Shown here: positions 39,956 through 52,500 of the stretch, one piece after another
How positions within the stretch are numbered: the stretch's first letter is position 1
Layout of the letters: every line of letters starts with the position of its first letter
Source of the DNA: Dipteris shenzhenensis
Taxonomy: Eukaryota
Length of the DNA: 64,000 nucleotides
Reading direction: 5' to 3' (one strand)
Assembly (NCBI GenBank): GCA_047967505.1
Contig: CM106538.1
The notes under the pieces: model-generated
Database searches by the model: none
What the model saw: the letters and a program-made list of their open reading frames with translations, nothing else
Told to the model about the DNA's origin: nothing
Position numbers and translations under genes: made by a program

Positions 39956-40684
39956 GAAACATGTGAGACATGTGCCTAAGTTGACCAAGAGTCTTATTTC
40001 AGTGGGTCAGCTAGATGATGCTGGTTTTCACACCACTTTTAGCTTTCAGAGTTGGAAAATTCAGAAGGGCTCTATGCTTTTGGCCAGGGGTGCCAAGTGT
40101 GGGACTTTGTATCCCTTACATGTATCAGGGGTATTTGATCATGTTGTTGCAATAACCAAGCAGCCAAGCACTTCTTTGTGGCATTGCAGGTTGGGGCACA
40201 TGAGCCAGAATGGAATGAAACTCTTATGCCATTTGGGTTGTGTACCGCATTTGAGTTTCTCTGATTTTGAATTTTGTGAGCACTGTCTCTATGGGAAGCA
40301 GACTAAATCAGCCCATAAAAGAAACATGTGAGACATGTGCCTAAGTTGACCAAGAGTCTTATTTCAGTGGGTCAGCTAGATGATGCTGGTTTTCACACCA
40401 CTTTTGGCTTTCAGAGTTAGAAAATTCAGAAGAGCTCTATGCTTTTGGCCAGGGGTGCCAAGTGTGGGACTTTGTATCCCTTACATGTATCAGGGGTATT
40501 TGATCATGTTGTTGCAATAACCAAGCAGCCAAGCACTTCTTTGTGGCATTGCAGGTTGGGGCACATGAGCCAGAATGGAATGAAACTCTTATGCCATTTG
40601 GGTTATGTACCGCATTTGAGTTTCTCTGATTTTGAATTTGTGAGCACTGTCTCTATGGGAAGCAGACTAAATCAGCCCATAAAA
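39956..40684 (+). repeat. 365-bp tandem duplication within F pol (pre-integrase region)
   Basis: GAAACATGTGAGACATGTGCCTAAG at 39956 and 40321; duplicated LLARGAKCGTLYPL...LWHCRLGH peptides. Confidence 0.95.
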
Positions 40685-41895
40685 GAAGGGGAAAGAAAGA
40701 GTTTGAAAAGCTTGATTTGGTGCATTCAGACGTATGTGGTCCCATGCCTACACGGTCATTAGGCGAGGCTGAATACTATGTGACATTCATTGATGATGCA
40801 ACTAGGAAAGTGTGGGCTTATGCTATAGCTCGGAAGAGTGATGTGTTCCAGGTATTTCAGAAATGGCTGGCCTTGGTTGAGAATCAGTCAGGTAGAACGC
40901 TTAAATGCCTACGGACTGACAATGGTGGAGAGTATCTCTCTCATGACTTTCAGCATTTTTGTGATACACGTGGGATTAAGAGGGAGCTCACATCCCCTCG
41001 TACTCCAGAGCAAAATCCAGTTGCAGAAAAGATGAACCGTACCATTCAAGAAAGGTTGCAATGCATGCTTTCCAATGCAAGTCTTTCTGGTGGTTTTTGG
41101 GCTGAAGCAATGAAAACTGCAGTGCATGTGATCAATAAATCACCTAGTAAGAGTTTGGATGGTGGTATTCCTGAAGAGGCATGGAGTGGCAAGAAGCCCC
41201 CTTACTCTCATTTGCGTATATTTGGGTGTGAGGCATATGCACATATGCCAAAAGAGCTTCAAAAGAAGCTAGATCCTAAGTCTAGGAAAGGCATCTTTCT
41301 GGGTTATGGTGAAAGTGGAGAGATGGGCTATCATCTCTGGGATCTAGAAGCAAAGAAGATCATACGCAGCCATGATGTAGTCTTCAATGAAAAGAAGATG
41401 CATAAGGCACCCATGAGGGATGTGGAAATGAGGAGAATCACTTTCCAGGATGTGAATCCACCTGCATATGTTGATAGACAACAAGCTGTCCGTGCACCGA
41501 ATGTGCAAGAAATGGTACCACCAAGTACTCCCACAGGTATACAATCAAGGGTAGATGATGGATCATCTATTGGTGGAAATGATGAGCCAAATGTGGCTGA
41601 TATGCAGGTGGGACAGCAAGCTGAAATGCCATGCCCTTGAGAAGATCATCTAGAGTGTCTAGAATGCCTAATAGGTTTGTTCCAGGGGTAGACTATGTGA
41701 TGCTTACTGACTGCGGGGAGCCTTCTTGCTACAAAGAGGCTATGATGCGCGAGGATCAACGCAAGTGGGAGTATGCTATGCAATCAAAGACGAGTTCACT
41801 TATGATAAATAAGACTTGGGACTTGGTTTCCTTGTCACATGGAAAGAAAGCATTGCCATATAAATGGGTCTACAAAATAAAGGTCAAGTGATGAT

Positions 41896-43266
41896 GTGCC
41901 TAGGTACAAGGCCCGTTTGGTCGCTAAAGGGTTCAAGCAAGAGAAGGGTGTGGACTTTGATGAGATATTCTCTCCGGTTGTGAAGATGACTACACTTAGA
42001 TGCATGCTTGGACTAGTGGCATCAGAGGATATGGAGCTTATGCAGATGGATGTCAAGATAGCTTTCTTGCATGGGGATTTGCATGAGGAAATTTACATGG
42101 TGCAGCCGGAAGGCTTTGAAGAAAAGGGCAAAGAGCATTTAGTTTGCAAGCTGAAGAAGAGTCTCTATGGTCTTAAGCAAGCGCCTGGAGAATGGTATCA
42201 AAAGTTTGATGCTTTCATTCGGTCCCAGGGTTTTAGAAGGAGTGAAATTGATCACTGCCTCTACACTAAAAGGGCTAAGGATAATAGCCTGATAATCTTG
42301 GCACTATATGTGGATGATATGCTATTGGCTAGCAACCATACTTATGAGCTAGATGCATTAAAGGCCAAGTTGCATGAGGCCTTTGATATGAAGGATTTGG
42401 GACTTGCAGGTCATATTCTTGGTATGCGCATCACGCGTGATCGGAGTAGGAAACTCCTTTGGCTTTCACAAAAAGAGTATGTTACAAAAGTATTGCAGCG
42501 TTTCAATATGGAGGGGGGGAAGGCAATGAGTACTCCATTGCCTCCATATGTGAAACTGAGTCATACAGATAGTCCCAAATCAGATGAGGAAAGGGCCATG
42601 ATGGCCAAGGTTCCTTATGCATCAGTAGTTGGGAGTCTTATGTATGCTATGATAGCTACTAGACCAGACATTGCATTTGCAGTGGGAGTTGTTAGCCGGT
42701 ATATGGCTAATCCAAGAAAGAGGCATTGGGAGGCAGTTAAGTGTATCATGAGGTACATGAAGGGTACCAAGGAGATGTGGATCTGCTTTGGTAGAGGAGA
42801 CATGCGTGTACTTGGGTACACAGATTCAGACTATGCAGGGCATGTGGATAGTAGGAGATCCGCTTCTAGTTATGTGTTCACCTTTGCAGGTGGTGCAGTG
42901 TCGTGGATGTCTCGCGCACAGAAGTGCGTTGCTTTGTCTACCACAGAGGCTGAGTATGTTGCAGCCACGGAGGGTTGCAAGGAGGCTATATGGCTTGATC
43001 GGCTAGTGGGAGATTTGGGGATTCATACAGGTGTACCGACATTGCATAATGATTCCATGAGTGCTATTCAACTAGCACGGAATCCGGTCTTTCATGCAAA
43101 GACCAAACACATTGAGGTCAGGTACCATTTCATCAGGGAGGTACTTGAGGATAAGCGCATAGAGCTTGTCAAGGTTCATACGGATGATAACCCTGTAGAT
43201 ATGCTGACGAAGAGTCTACCTAGTCAGCGGTTTGAGTATTGTCATGTATTGATGGGCATTGGATAG
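41896..43266 (+). CDS. Open RT-RNase H segment of F pol (element overall is a pseudogene)
   Basis: RYKARLVAKG, LYVDDMLL, YTDSDYAG, KHIEVRYHFIRE. Confidence 0.9.
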   Translation: MPRYKARLVAKGFKQEKGVDFDEIFSPVVKMTTLRCMLGLVASEDMELMQMDVKIAFLHGDLHEEIYMVQPEGFEEKGKEHLVCKLKKSLYGLKQAPGEWYQKFDAFIRSQGFRRSEIDHCLYTKRAKDNSLIILALYVDDMLLASNHTYELDALKAKLHEAFDMKDLGLAGHILGMRITRDRSRKLLWLSQKEYVTKVLQRFNMEGGKAMSTPLPPYVKLSHTDSPKSDEERAMMAKVPYASVVGSLMYAMIATRPDIAFAVGVVSRYMANPRKRHWEAVKCIMRYMKGTKEMWICFGRGDMRVLGYTDSDYAGHVDSRRSASSYVFTFAGGAVSWMSRAQKCVALSTTEAEYVAATEGCKEAIWLDRLVGDLGIHTGVPTLHNDSMSAIQLARNPVFHAKTKHIEVRYHFIREVLEDKRIELVKVHTDDNPVDMLTKSLPSQRFEYCHVLMGIG

Positions 43267-43438
43267 TATGCTCACTGGTTGTTCTCCCTTAAAGGCACAT
43301 TGTCCTTTAAGTGGAAGGTTGTGGGGGTTAAAGGTCACTGTGCCTTTACCCCGGTTATGTACAATACTCAAACACATATATAAATGAACGAAAAAGAAGA
43401 TTAGGGTGGTTCTGCACCCACCAAAACTTGTGTGGCTT

Positions 43439-43476
<38 letters not shown>

Positions 43477-44307
43477 GTTCTTTCTTCCGTTGAGAGCACT
43501 TTCACCGTTTACATCTTTTTCTTTGAAAAACTATATCACCTAATCTTTTGCTTTCACCCCGTTACCAAAAGAAAGTATAATGCATGGGAGGAATTTTAAT
43601 TAAAGATTCATTAGTCAATTTTTCATTGCCATTATGTAATGGATTTCACCACCTAGCCTATAAGTTCAAAAAGATTTCGTTGCATAGAAGCTGCTATTCT
43701 ATTTAGTTTCTTCATTATATGGTGATGTATTCATGTTATTTGGGATGAAATGTGCTCATATGTAATGTTCTGTTTTATGCCCTTTATTTGGTGTGCATGA
43801 TTACAACGCTTTGAATTAAAGTAATGATACAACTATGTGATGCTTTTAGGAAGTAGTATCTACCATTGAAACAATGATGCCAATTCTACATAATGCTTGC
43901 AAAAGTATTGTCTAAATCATAACCGTGTACTATAGGACTTTGTTGTGCATAATGTTTCATCATTAAGGTAGAGTAGGATGGTTTCTTATATGCAACAAAT
44001 GCATACCAAGCATCTTTGAGTATTTAGGTCTTATGCTTAGGCGCTTCTGCATGAGGACTTCAAGAACCTATCTAGATAGCACCCAAGGTGTATTGGATGT
44101 TTGATCGGTAATACACAAAATTGGTGATCAATCTCACGAGCGACTAAATTCTCAAATGCCCTGCATCATGCTTTAGTAAAGGATTGAATTCAATTTTAGT
44201 AGTGAAACCAAATCGAGGATTAAGGGCTAAAGAATCCCCAACTCCACTTGGTTGTGAGCAACCCCACGTTTCTTCAAGATTTGTTGCAAATTGGCTATTT
44301 AAAGACA

Positions 44308-44583
44308 CTATCCAGTACCTCCAAGATCCATGATGATTTCCATGTGTCTTTGCTGAAACCACATGTTGGACAGCATGTCCATGTTCTTTCGGAGTTGCCA
44401 CCTATGGATGAACATGGCCACATCCTCTATGTTTCGGAGCGCATCGTGGGTTTCAGAGACCATGTACTCTAAAACAAGGCCTACGTAGAGTATCCTATCA
44501 AGCGGCGGGGACTTCGTGAGGATGAAAATTCATGGCAGTCAGAAAGCATTATCCAGGACCACCCCTATCTCCTACCGGATTGA
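44308..44583 (+). pseudogene. Duplicated gypsy chromodomain fragment
   Basis: Reverse complement of 16523-16799. Confidence 0.9.
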
Positions 44584-44619
44584 TTAGTAGTTGTTGTTTG
44601 CTGCACTTTTGGATAGTGC

Positions 44620-47600
44620 TGATGTCACTATAGAAAGAAAGAAAGAAAGAAAGAAAGGAAGATGTATTAACGTCCTCGAGAGGCCTCATGAGCCTATGGG
44701 ACAAGGTACAGAGTACATCCAAAAGGAGAATCTCATACAAGCCTCAAGGGGCTAGAGCGAAGGGCATGCTAGGGCTACGGAGCTCAATAGTTCGAACAGA
44801 TCAGATACAAATATATGAATCAGAGTTAGGGACTAGTTGAAGTAGGTTGAGAGCTGGACTCAGAAGCCGAAGCCCGGCATCGTGGTGACTCGACTGTGGG
44901 CGCCTCTCTCGTGTTGTCTCACAGGAAGGGCGTGGTCTCCTTGATCTCTGAACCTGTTGGGCTATGTTCAGAGTGATCCCTCCTGTCTCGGGAGGTCTTC
45001 TCTGAGGAAAGTTGTGATAGGCCCAACCTTAATAGAGTGAACTCTAGTCGCTCTCCATGCTGTAGGTGGTCTCTGCGTCCCTCTCTCAGTGATCCAGGCT
45101 GCCCACATGTTAGCTATCTCCTCCTCCTCTACCCCGCTACGTCCTGGAGCTGACTCAAATGCATAGAAGTCTGTGACGTGTTGTTGTGCTTTATCATCCT
45201 CCGTATCCTTTGGTCTTGTCGCCTCCTACTACTCTTTAATCTGTCAGTGCTTGTGGGCATGCCCGCCTAGAGACAGGATAGGTTAGATTGCAGAGAGAGG
45301 GCCTTTGCTTGTGGGTGTGATCGCCCCCCTGTGAGGCTAAGATCTTGTAATGGCCTCTGCCATGTTTAGGTCACTTATGAGGTGCTGTGCAAGGGCCAAG
45401 GATAGATCAGCATGGTGGTGCTGCATAGGTAGTTCCTAGAGCAGCCCTTGATGTGCACCTTGTAGACCAAGAGGGAGGGCCAATATTGCAGCTTGTTGGG
45501 CTTCCTGTAGGGCTGAGGTGGGCCGACCTGCTGGTTGGCCACGTATGCCTGTGGAGCGGGCCCTACAGGGCTCTTGGTCAGCCCTCACATAGGGGGGGTG
45601 AGCCCCTTATATAGGGGTGTGGCTGGCCTCATTGAGGCAGCCTGGTTGGCCCCTATAGGGCTGCTGAGTGGGCTCCATAGGCAAAGAGGGGTGCCCTAAT
45701 ATTGGGCTGGAGGGTGGGCTGCCCACTGTGCAGGCTGGTCAGCCAGCATGCTGCATCTGACAAGGGAGGGGCTTGGGGGCTATTTATAGGCCCCCCCTCA
45801 GCCCTCATGTGTCATCTCATCTTGGTGGCTGTTGAGCGGTTGTGTCCAGCTCTTGACCAGCCTCTTGTGCAGAGGTTTTTAACAGCTGTAGAGGGGCTTT
45901 TGCCAGAGATCACTTGCAGTTCTCTCTTGTTTCTTTCTCTCCCTCTCAGTGTGGTGAGCGTGAGGTTCTCTCTCTCTCTCTCTCTCTCTCTCCTTGGCTC
46001 TGTTCATTTCTGCTCCACTTCTCACATGGTATCAGAGCCACGGTTGACTAGAGACCCGAGGAGCGGAGTGTTGAGCCAGCATACAGAGAGGAGGTTTTAG
46101 GAAGCTGTTTGGAGGTGTCTTTGAGAAGGAGCGTGTGTGAGGAGTGGACTGTTCGGGTGACCAGCAAGGGGTGACTTTGAAGGGTGTTTTCAGATCAGAG
46201 AGGAGGTGTTCCCGAGGGATGGATAGCTAGGAGTGAAGATATATTAGCCTGTCAGCCCCTTCATCCTCTTCTCCAGCCCTCTTATTCAACCTTATGTCCC
46301 CCTCTATCCCATCCACCTTCTCTTCACTCTGACATGGTGACTTTGTCTACGATGGCAGAGAACAAGACAAAAATCGCAGATTTGCCCATGTTCTCGATTG
46401 ACCGTCAGTTGGATGGGCTCAATTACGGAGTCTAGTGGGTGATGCTGGAGTCTGTGCTACAGTTGTATGATTTCACAGATTTCATATTGATAGGAGTTGC
46501 CAGACCCGATCCCCTTGCGTCCAATCTTGGCATCCCGGAGTAAAAGGAGGCTGAGTCCATGTCTCAGCTCTGGGACCCATGTGAATGCAAGGTCGTTGAT
46601 TTTCCTTAATTGTACTCCTTAGGTGATTAATCACGTGAAGCACATGACGGTGGCCAAGAGTATATGGGAGCACTTGGCGTCCTTGTATAATTGAACCTCA
46701 CCCATGAAGAGGGTTTCTTTGGAAGTCCAGATGAGATGGTTGGATCCCAAGAAGTCTTCATCGATGTAGGAGCGCATCAACAAGCTAGAGGAACTTCAGT
46801 AGGAGATCCTCCACGTAGGGAAGCATATATCATTCGAGGACATGGCCATAAATCTCGTCCCAGTTATCCTCTCAGTATGGAGATTTGCAGATTGTGCCTA
46901 TGAGAGTTAGCCTGAGGCTTTGGCAGTTCAGCAGAAAGGATAGAAGCAGTTGACAACTGAAGAACTGGAAGCACTCAAGGCTTCACGTACATGTGGCTGA
47001 AAGGTCATTATTGGCGGCATTGTCCTGAAAGGAATGGTGAGGGGACTAGTAACTAGCTCGACAGTGTTACCGCCGTGATAACATCTACTCTAGTCTTTTA
47101 GTAGCACGAGGCAAGATGCGTTGCTAGTAGACTTTCCAGATCCAGATAGAGGATTACTTGCTTGTTTTTGGCAGCGGTGCCTACTAGACATGTGAAGTAG
47201 GAAGGGAGTCTTTCACTAAGGCAAGCTTTTAGGCAGGAGCTCGAGCCATGAGGAGCTGTTCCTGCTGAGTTAGGTGGCAGTAGGTTACTAGTATGTATTT
47301 TGTTTGGATGTTATGGCCTGGTAGATTCATAGGGGGTGAGCTGTTGGAGATCCGGATGGGTCAACAGATTGTCAGTGTGGGAATCCAAACACAATTGATT
47401 GATCCTTGTGAGTTGTTATATGCCCATTGTCATTAGAGCACTAAAGTTCGTTGATCTGGCGACAGTGTACCAGTTTGGACTTGAGAGGGGGCTTTCTAGC
47501 TCTATGATACAGGTGCCCATGCAGGGAAGGGGACCTTGCACCGAGGGCAGTATTAGTTGGATTATTGTTCCAGTGTCTTCTGTTGGAGTGATGTTCTAGT

Positions 47601-49502
47601 ACCAGGAGTTGGATTGTTGTACCAGATGACGTATTGTACGAGTACCGGACCAGAGGAGTGGACCTTACACGATTGGCCTGGGAGCAATAGTACAACGTTT
47701 CCAATGATCATGCTGAGATGGTCAATGCCAAGAGGGGGCTTCTTCGACAATCCCTTTGGTGGCCTTGAGCGATGGAGTATCACACGATGGATTCCTCCAA
47801 TTGTTCCAGTGGCACACCCAGCTCCTTGGCGTCTTTGTTCCATCTATGGCGGAGGCCATCCCAAGATCCTAGCCTCATTGGGGGGAAGGCACACCCACAA
47901 GCAAAGGCCCTCTCTTTGTAGTCTAACCTACCCTCTCTAGGCGGGCACACCCACAAGCAGTGGCCCTCTCTCTCTATACCCCCTCTCAGCTCTTGTTTGG
48001 GTCACTTATGAGGTGATGGGCAAGGGCCAGGGATAGATCAGCCTGGTGAACCTGCTTGTTTGCTGCATAGGCAATCCTTAGAGAAACCTTTGCTGTGCAT
48101 CTTGTAGACTAGGAGGGAGGGCCAGTATGGTCACTTGTTGCGCTTCTATAGGGCTGAGGTGGGCCGACCTGCTGGTTGGCCACCTAGGCCTGTGGAGTCG
48201 GCCCTACAGGGCTCTTGGTCAGCCCTCACATAGGGGTAGGTGAGCCCCTTATATAGGGGTGTGGCTGGTCTCATTGAGGCAGCCTGGTTGGCCCCTATAG
48301 GACTGCATAGTGGGCTCCCTAGGCAGAGAGGGGTGCCCTCATATAGGGCTGTCTGCCACTGTGCAGGCTGGTCGGCCAGCATGCTGCACCCGACTAGGAA
48401 GGGGCTGGGGGCCTATTTATAGGGCCCCCTCAGCCCTCATTTGCCATCTCATTTTGGTGGCTGTTGAGCAGTTGTGTCCAGCTCTTGAGCAGCCTGTTGT
48501 GTAGAGGTTTATCCCCATCTGTAGAGGGACTTTTGCCACCGGGGGGGCTTCTTCGACAATACCTGTGGCAGTCTTCAGCGATGGAGTATCACATGATGGA
48601 TTCCTCCAGTTGTTCTAGTGGCACACCCAGCTCCCTGGCATCTTTGTTTTATCTAGGGGCTGAGAGGGGGTATTGGACGTCAACATCTCCTGATGTCACT
48701 GTAGAGAGAGAGGGCCATTGCTTGTGGGGGTGTGCTTGCTCAAAGAGAGGGTAGGTTAGACTATAGAGAGAGGGCCTTTGCTTGAGGGTGTGCTCGCCCC
48801 TCCGTGAGGCTAGGATCTTGTGATGGCCTCCGCCATGTTTGAGTCACTAATGAGGTGTTGCACAAGGGCTAGGGATAGATCAGCCTTGTGGACCTGCTCA
48901 TGTGCTGCATAGGCAGTCCCTGGAGCAGCCCTTGCTGTGCACCTTGTAGACCAAGAGGGAGGGCCAGTATGGTGCTTGTTGGGCTTCCTATAGGGCTGAG
49001 GTGGGCCGACCTGTTGATCGGCCACCTAGGTCTGTGGAGTCGGCCCTACAGGGCTCTTGGTCAGCCCTCATATAGGGGGAGGTGAGCCCCTTATGTAGGG
49101 GTGTGGCTGGCCTCATTGAGGCAGCCTGGTTGGCCCCTATAGGGCTGCTGAGTGAGCTCCCTAGGCACAGACCCTCATATAGGGCTGTGTGCCAGCCCTA
49201 TGGGCTGGAGGGTGAGTTGGCCACTGTACAGGCTTGTTGGCCACCCGACTAAGGAGGGACTGGGGACTATTTATAGGCCCACCCTCAGCCCTCATTTGTC
49301 ATCTCATTTTGGTGGCTGCTGAACAGTTGTGTCCAGCTCTTGAGCAGCCTGTTGTGCAGAGGTTTTTCCCCAATTGTAGAGGGGCTTCTGCTAGAGATCA
49401 CTTGCAGGTCTCTGTTGTTTCTTTCTCTCCCTCTTAGTGTGGTGTGTGTGAGGTTTGCACTCTCTCTCTGCATTTCTGTTCATTTCCAGTGCACTTCTCA
49501 CA
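44620..49502 (+). mobile_element. Family D tandem (D2): LTR(+LINE) - PBS - gag - partial LTR - internal 3' end - PPT - LTR
   Basis: LTR1 44620-46026 (first ~20 nt missing), PBS 46027-46039, decayed gag from 46352, LTR2 remnant 47846-48538, PPT TGAGAGGGGG 48661-48670, LTR3 48671-49502. Confidence 0.87.
44634..45244 (-). mobile_element. LINE 3' fragment in D2 LTR1 (duplicate of 15862-16473)
   Basis: (GAAA)n at 44633-44656; same junctions as the D1 copy. Confidence 0.85.
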
Positions 49503-52500
49503 GACTCTCTGTCCAGTGATCCCTTCCCACCTTGTTGTCCGGATAGCCAGCCTAGGTTGGCAGCTCTTGGTGAGCTAAGTCAGAAGATCTTCAGCCTAGT
49601 TTACCTGCTGGATAAGGCCCAACTACTGCTGCTGTTGCTGCTTCTTCCGGCTCCTCAGAGGCTGCTCCAAGTGATGAGGAATGGGGCCCCAAATGGCCCC
49701 TTTTATAGGGTTGAACCCCCTGCCATAAAAAGCGACTGGGTAGGGGGATCCTGGCCGACTCAAACAGGCCCCCCACCGACTTTTTCTTACAGCCTGTAAA
49801 GCCCCCCTTGGGGGCACACCTTTAGACTTTGGCTGGGCCCCTTTTGTAGGGTTGAACCCCCTTCCATAAAAACTGACTGGGTAGGGGGATCCTGGCTGAC
49901 TCAAACAGGCCCCTGACCGACTTTTTCTTGCAGCCTATAAAGCCCCCCTTGGGGGCACACCTTTAGACTTTGGCTGGCCCTGCCTGGCCATGTGACAGGC
50001 TGCCATTGGCCCAGGCAGGCCTGCCCACAGTCCAGCCTGATTTCCAGGTCCATAGCCCTGCCAAACTGTCAATACATGCAGCGCCTCTGCTTCCTGCAGA
50101 TCCTGCCTCTGTTCAGCCTTTCTCTAGGTCCCAGACGGCCTCGAAACAGGTCGTACTGAGGTTGGTACTGCTCTGTAACCTTTGCTGATGTCAGCACCTT
50201 GTCCACAGAGTCCTTGCTTGCTGGAAACCCTGCCCAGATCTGCCCCAAATGTGTCCTCTATGGTGGCTAGCATCCTGCAACACTCCCCCTCATGATGGAT
50301 GAACAGCATGAAGTCCTCCAGGCATCAAGCTCTCAAGGTCTGTTTCAACCCATCCTTTGTCTGGCTAGGTCTACAACCAAACAACATACCGGAGACATTA
50401 TATCCTAGGCATAAATCCAAATTACCTGGACCGTGAAGCTCCATCTGTGGTTCTGTGTTCTCCCCCTATAAGTCACAGCCTCCATCTGACCCTGAGTCCT
50501 TAGGTCCTATTGAAGAATCCCCCTCTGCTTCACCAACCAGCCAAGCACCCAGATGGCTTCAAGCACTCAGCACTTTCCATCACCTTCAATGTCAGACATC
50601 GTGGCAGTAACACCAGGGTCCGTATACCTAATCTCAGCAGCACTCAGAGTTGCCACCAAGAAAAGTTCCTCTGTGACCACCAACTGGGCTAAATTCTTTG
50701 ACTCTGATCTGGCACCCTTCTTTTTCTGATCAGGCTTCTTCTTTTTGCATCATAATAGAAGCATTCTTTTCTTTCTCTTCTTCTTGTTGTCTTCACCTGA
50801 AGAGTCCGCTCCTTCCGCAGATTTGTCCTTGGGCTTGCCTTTGTGAGGCTTTTTGCCCGAGCTTCTTGTTGCAGTAGGAATGGAACCAGCTCCTTGAAAG
50901 TCATCTCGTCCTTTGACCAACTGCCACCAGTTGATCCCGCACCACCTTCATCTTGGTGATGTGTTTCCGTACCGATTCCCCTTCATCCATCCTCATGCCG
51001 TATAGTTTTGTCTCGAGGTCCAAGATTCTCGCCTCGTTGTTGAACGTATCCCTTAATATTGTCCAAGCCTTGAGAGAAGAGTTCGTCATCTGTATGTGAG
51101 GAAGCACCATGTCTGCCATTGTACCCACAACGATGGCCAAGGCTTCCACATCCCGGATCTACCATGACCTCACTAAAAGAGGGTCCGTTGGTGTCGATAC
51201 CATTGCTATTGTCGATGGGGCTAGGGTAGTCACGGTGGCCTAAGGCAACAGCTCTGTCCCCGTTGCAATCCCCCACAACTCTCTCAGCACTAAGTGGTTC
51301 CGAACCTTCATTTTCCACAATGCTTGATTAGCCCCGTCGAGCTTGCTGTCTCACCAAAATTTAAGATCTGGTATCTATTGGCCATGGTAATGAACAGAAA
51401 GAGGTAAAGAGTTTAGAGTGTCGTACACTTGCCTAAATCTGAGCCTCCCTCTTGGATGCAATCCTTCAGACGGTTGCATGAACCTAAGCCTCCCACTTGG
51501 GTACAACCTTTCAAACACTGAAGCTAATTCCTTCGAACAAAGAATCCAGGTTGTCCTTCAGCAAGGTCCTTGCCTTCAAGCTCCACTTCCTGAGAACTTC
51601 TGTCAGGGTTCTGATACCATGTTAGAAATGAAAATCCCACAAAAGGGTATCCCACAGCAGAGGAAGATTGATAGATGAGCCCAGGAATTACATCTGGAAG
51701 TGTTTCACTATGGAATCAAACTTCATTCAGTGTGTGTACTTCACAATCATAGATGTGCATGTGTGCAAGCCAGAATAGACACTGCATCCAAGACAAATAT
51801 AGAAGTAACACTCACATATTTCCGTAGGTCCACAAACTGGACACAATGCAAAAGGAGATGCGGAGTCCCAACAAATTGTGGTCCTCCAATCTTACCAAAA
51901 TTTCCTACTATTGCCTGGCACCTCTAGATCTTTGAGCCTGCGTGCTCCTGTGAGCTTATGTAGACTCTTCGTCCAGTGATCCCTTCCACCTTGCTGTCCG
52001 GATAGCCAGCCTGGGTGGGCAGCACTTGCTGAGCTAAGTCTGCAGATCTTCAGCTTAGGTCACCTCTTGGATAAGGCCCAACTACTGGTGCTGTTTCTGC
52101 TCCTTCCTTCTCCTCAGAGGCTGCTCTAAGTGATGAGGAGCGGGGCCCCAAATGGCCCCTTTAATAGGGCTGAACCCCTTGCCATAAAAACTGACTGGGT
52201 AGGGGGATCCTGGCCGACTCAAACAGGCCCCCCCACTGACTTTTTCTTGCAGCCTATAAAGCCCCCCTTCAGACCTTGCCTGGCCACGCGGCAGGCTGCC
52301 ACTGGCCCAAGCAGGCCTGCCCACAATCGCCTGATTTCCAGGCCCATAGGCTTTCCAAACTGCCGACACATGCAGCGCCTCTGCTTCCTGTAGATTTTGC
52401 CTCTGTTCAGCCTTGCTCTAGGTCCCGGGTAGCCTCCAAAAAGTCCGTACTGAGGTTGGTACTGCTCCGTAACCTTTGCTGATGTCAGCGCCTTGTCCAT

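Larger units (their letters stand above)
33242..43504 (+). mobile_element. Full-length decayed Ty1/copia (F), host of element E
   Basis: Short (CT)n-containing LTRs 33242-33414 and 43320-43504; degenerate PBS TCGTATTAGAGCC (33417-33429); flanks TCATT / CCGTT (degenerate TSD); gag KFDGTNFSLW, CYHCGKKGHMKKDC, WILDSGA, IN 40717-41640, RT-RH 41896-43266. Confidence 0.93.

Noticed and set aside
44584-46026. D LTR as the native 3' LTR of gypsy G
   Set aside because: No PPT after the chromodomain, the LTR lacks its first ~20 nt, and it is followed by a PBS and copia-type gag; a deletion junction is more likely.
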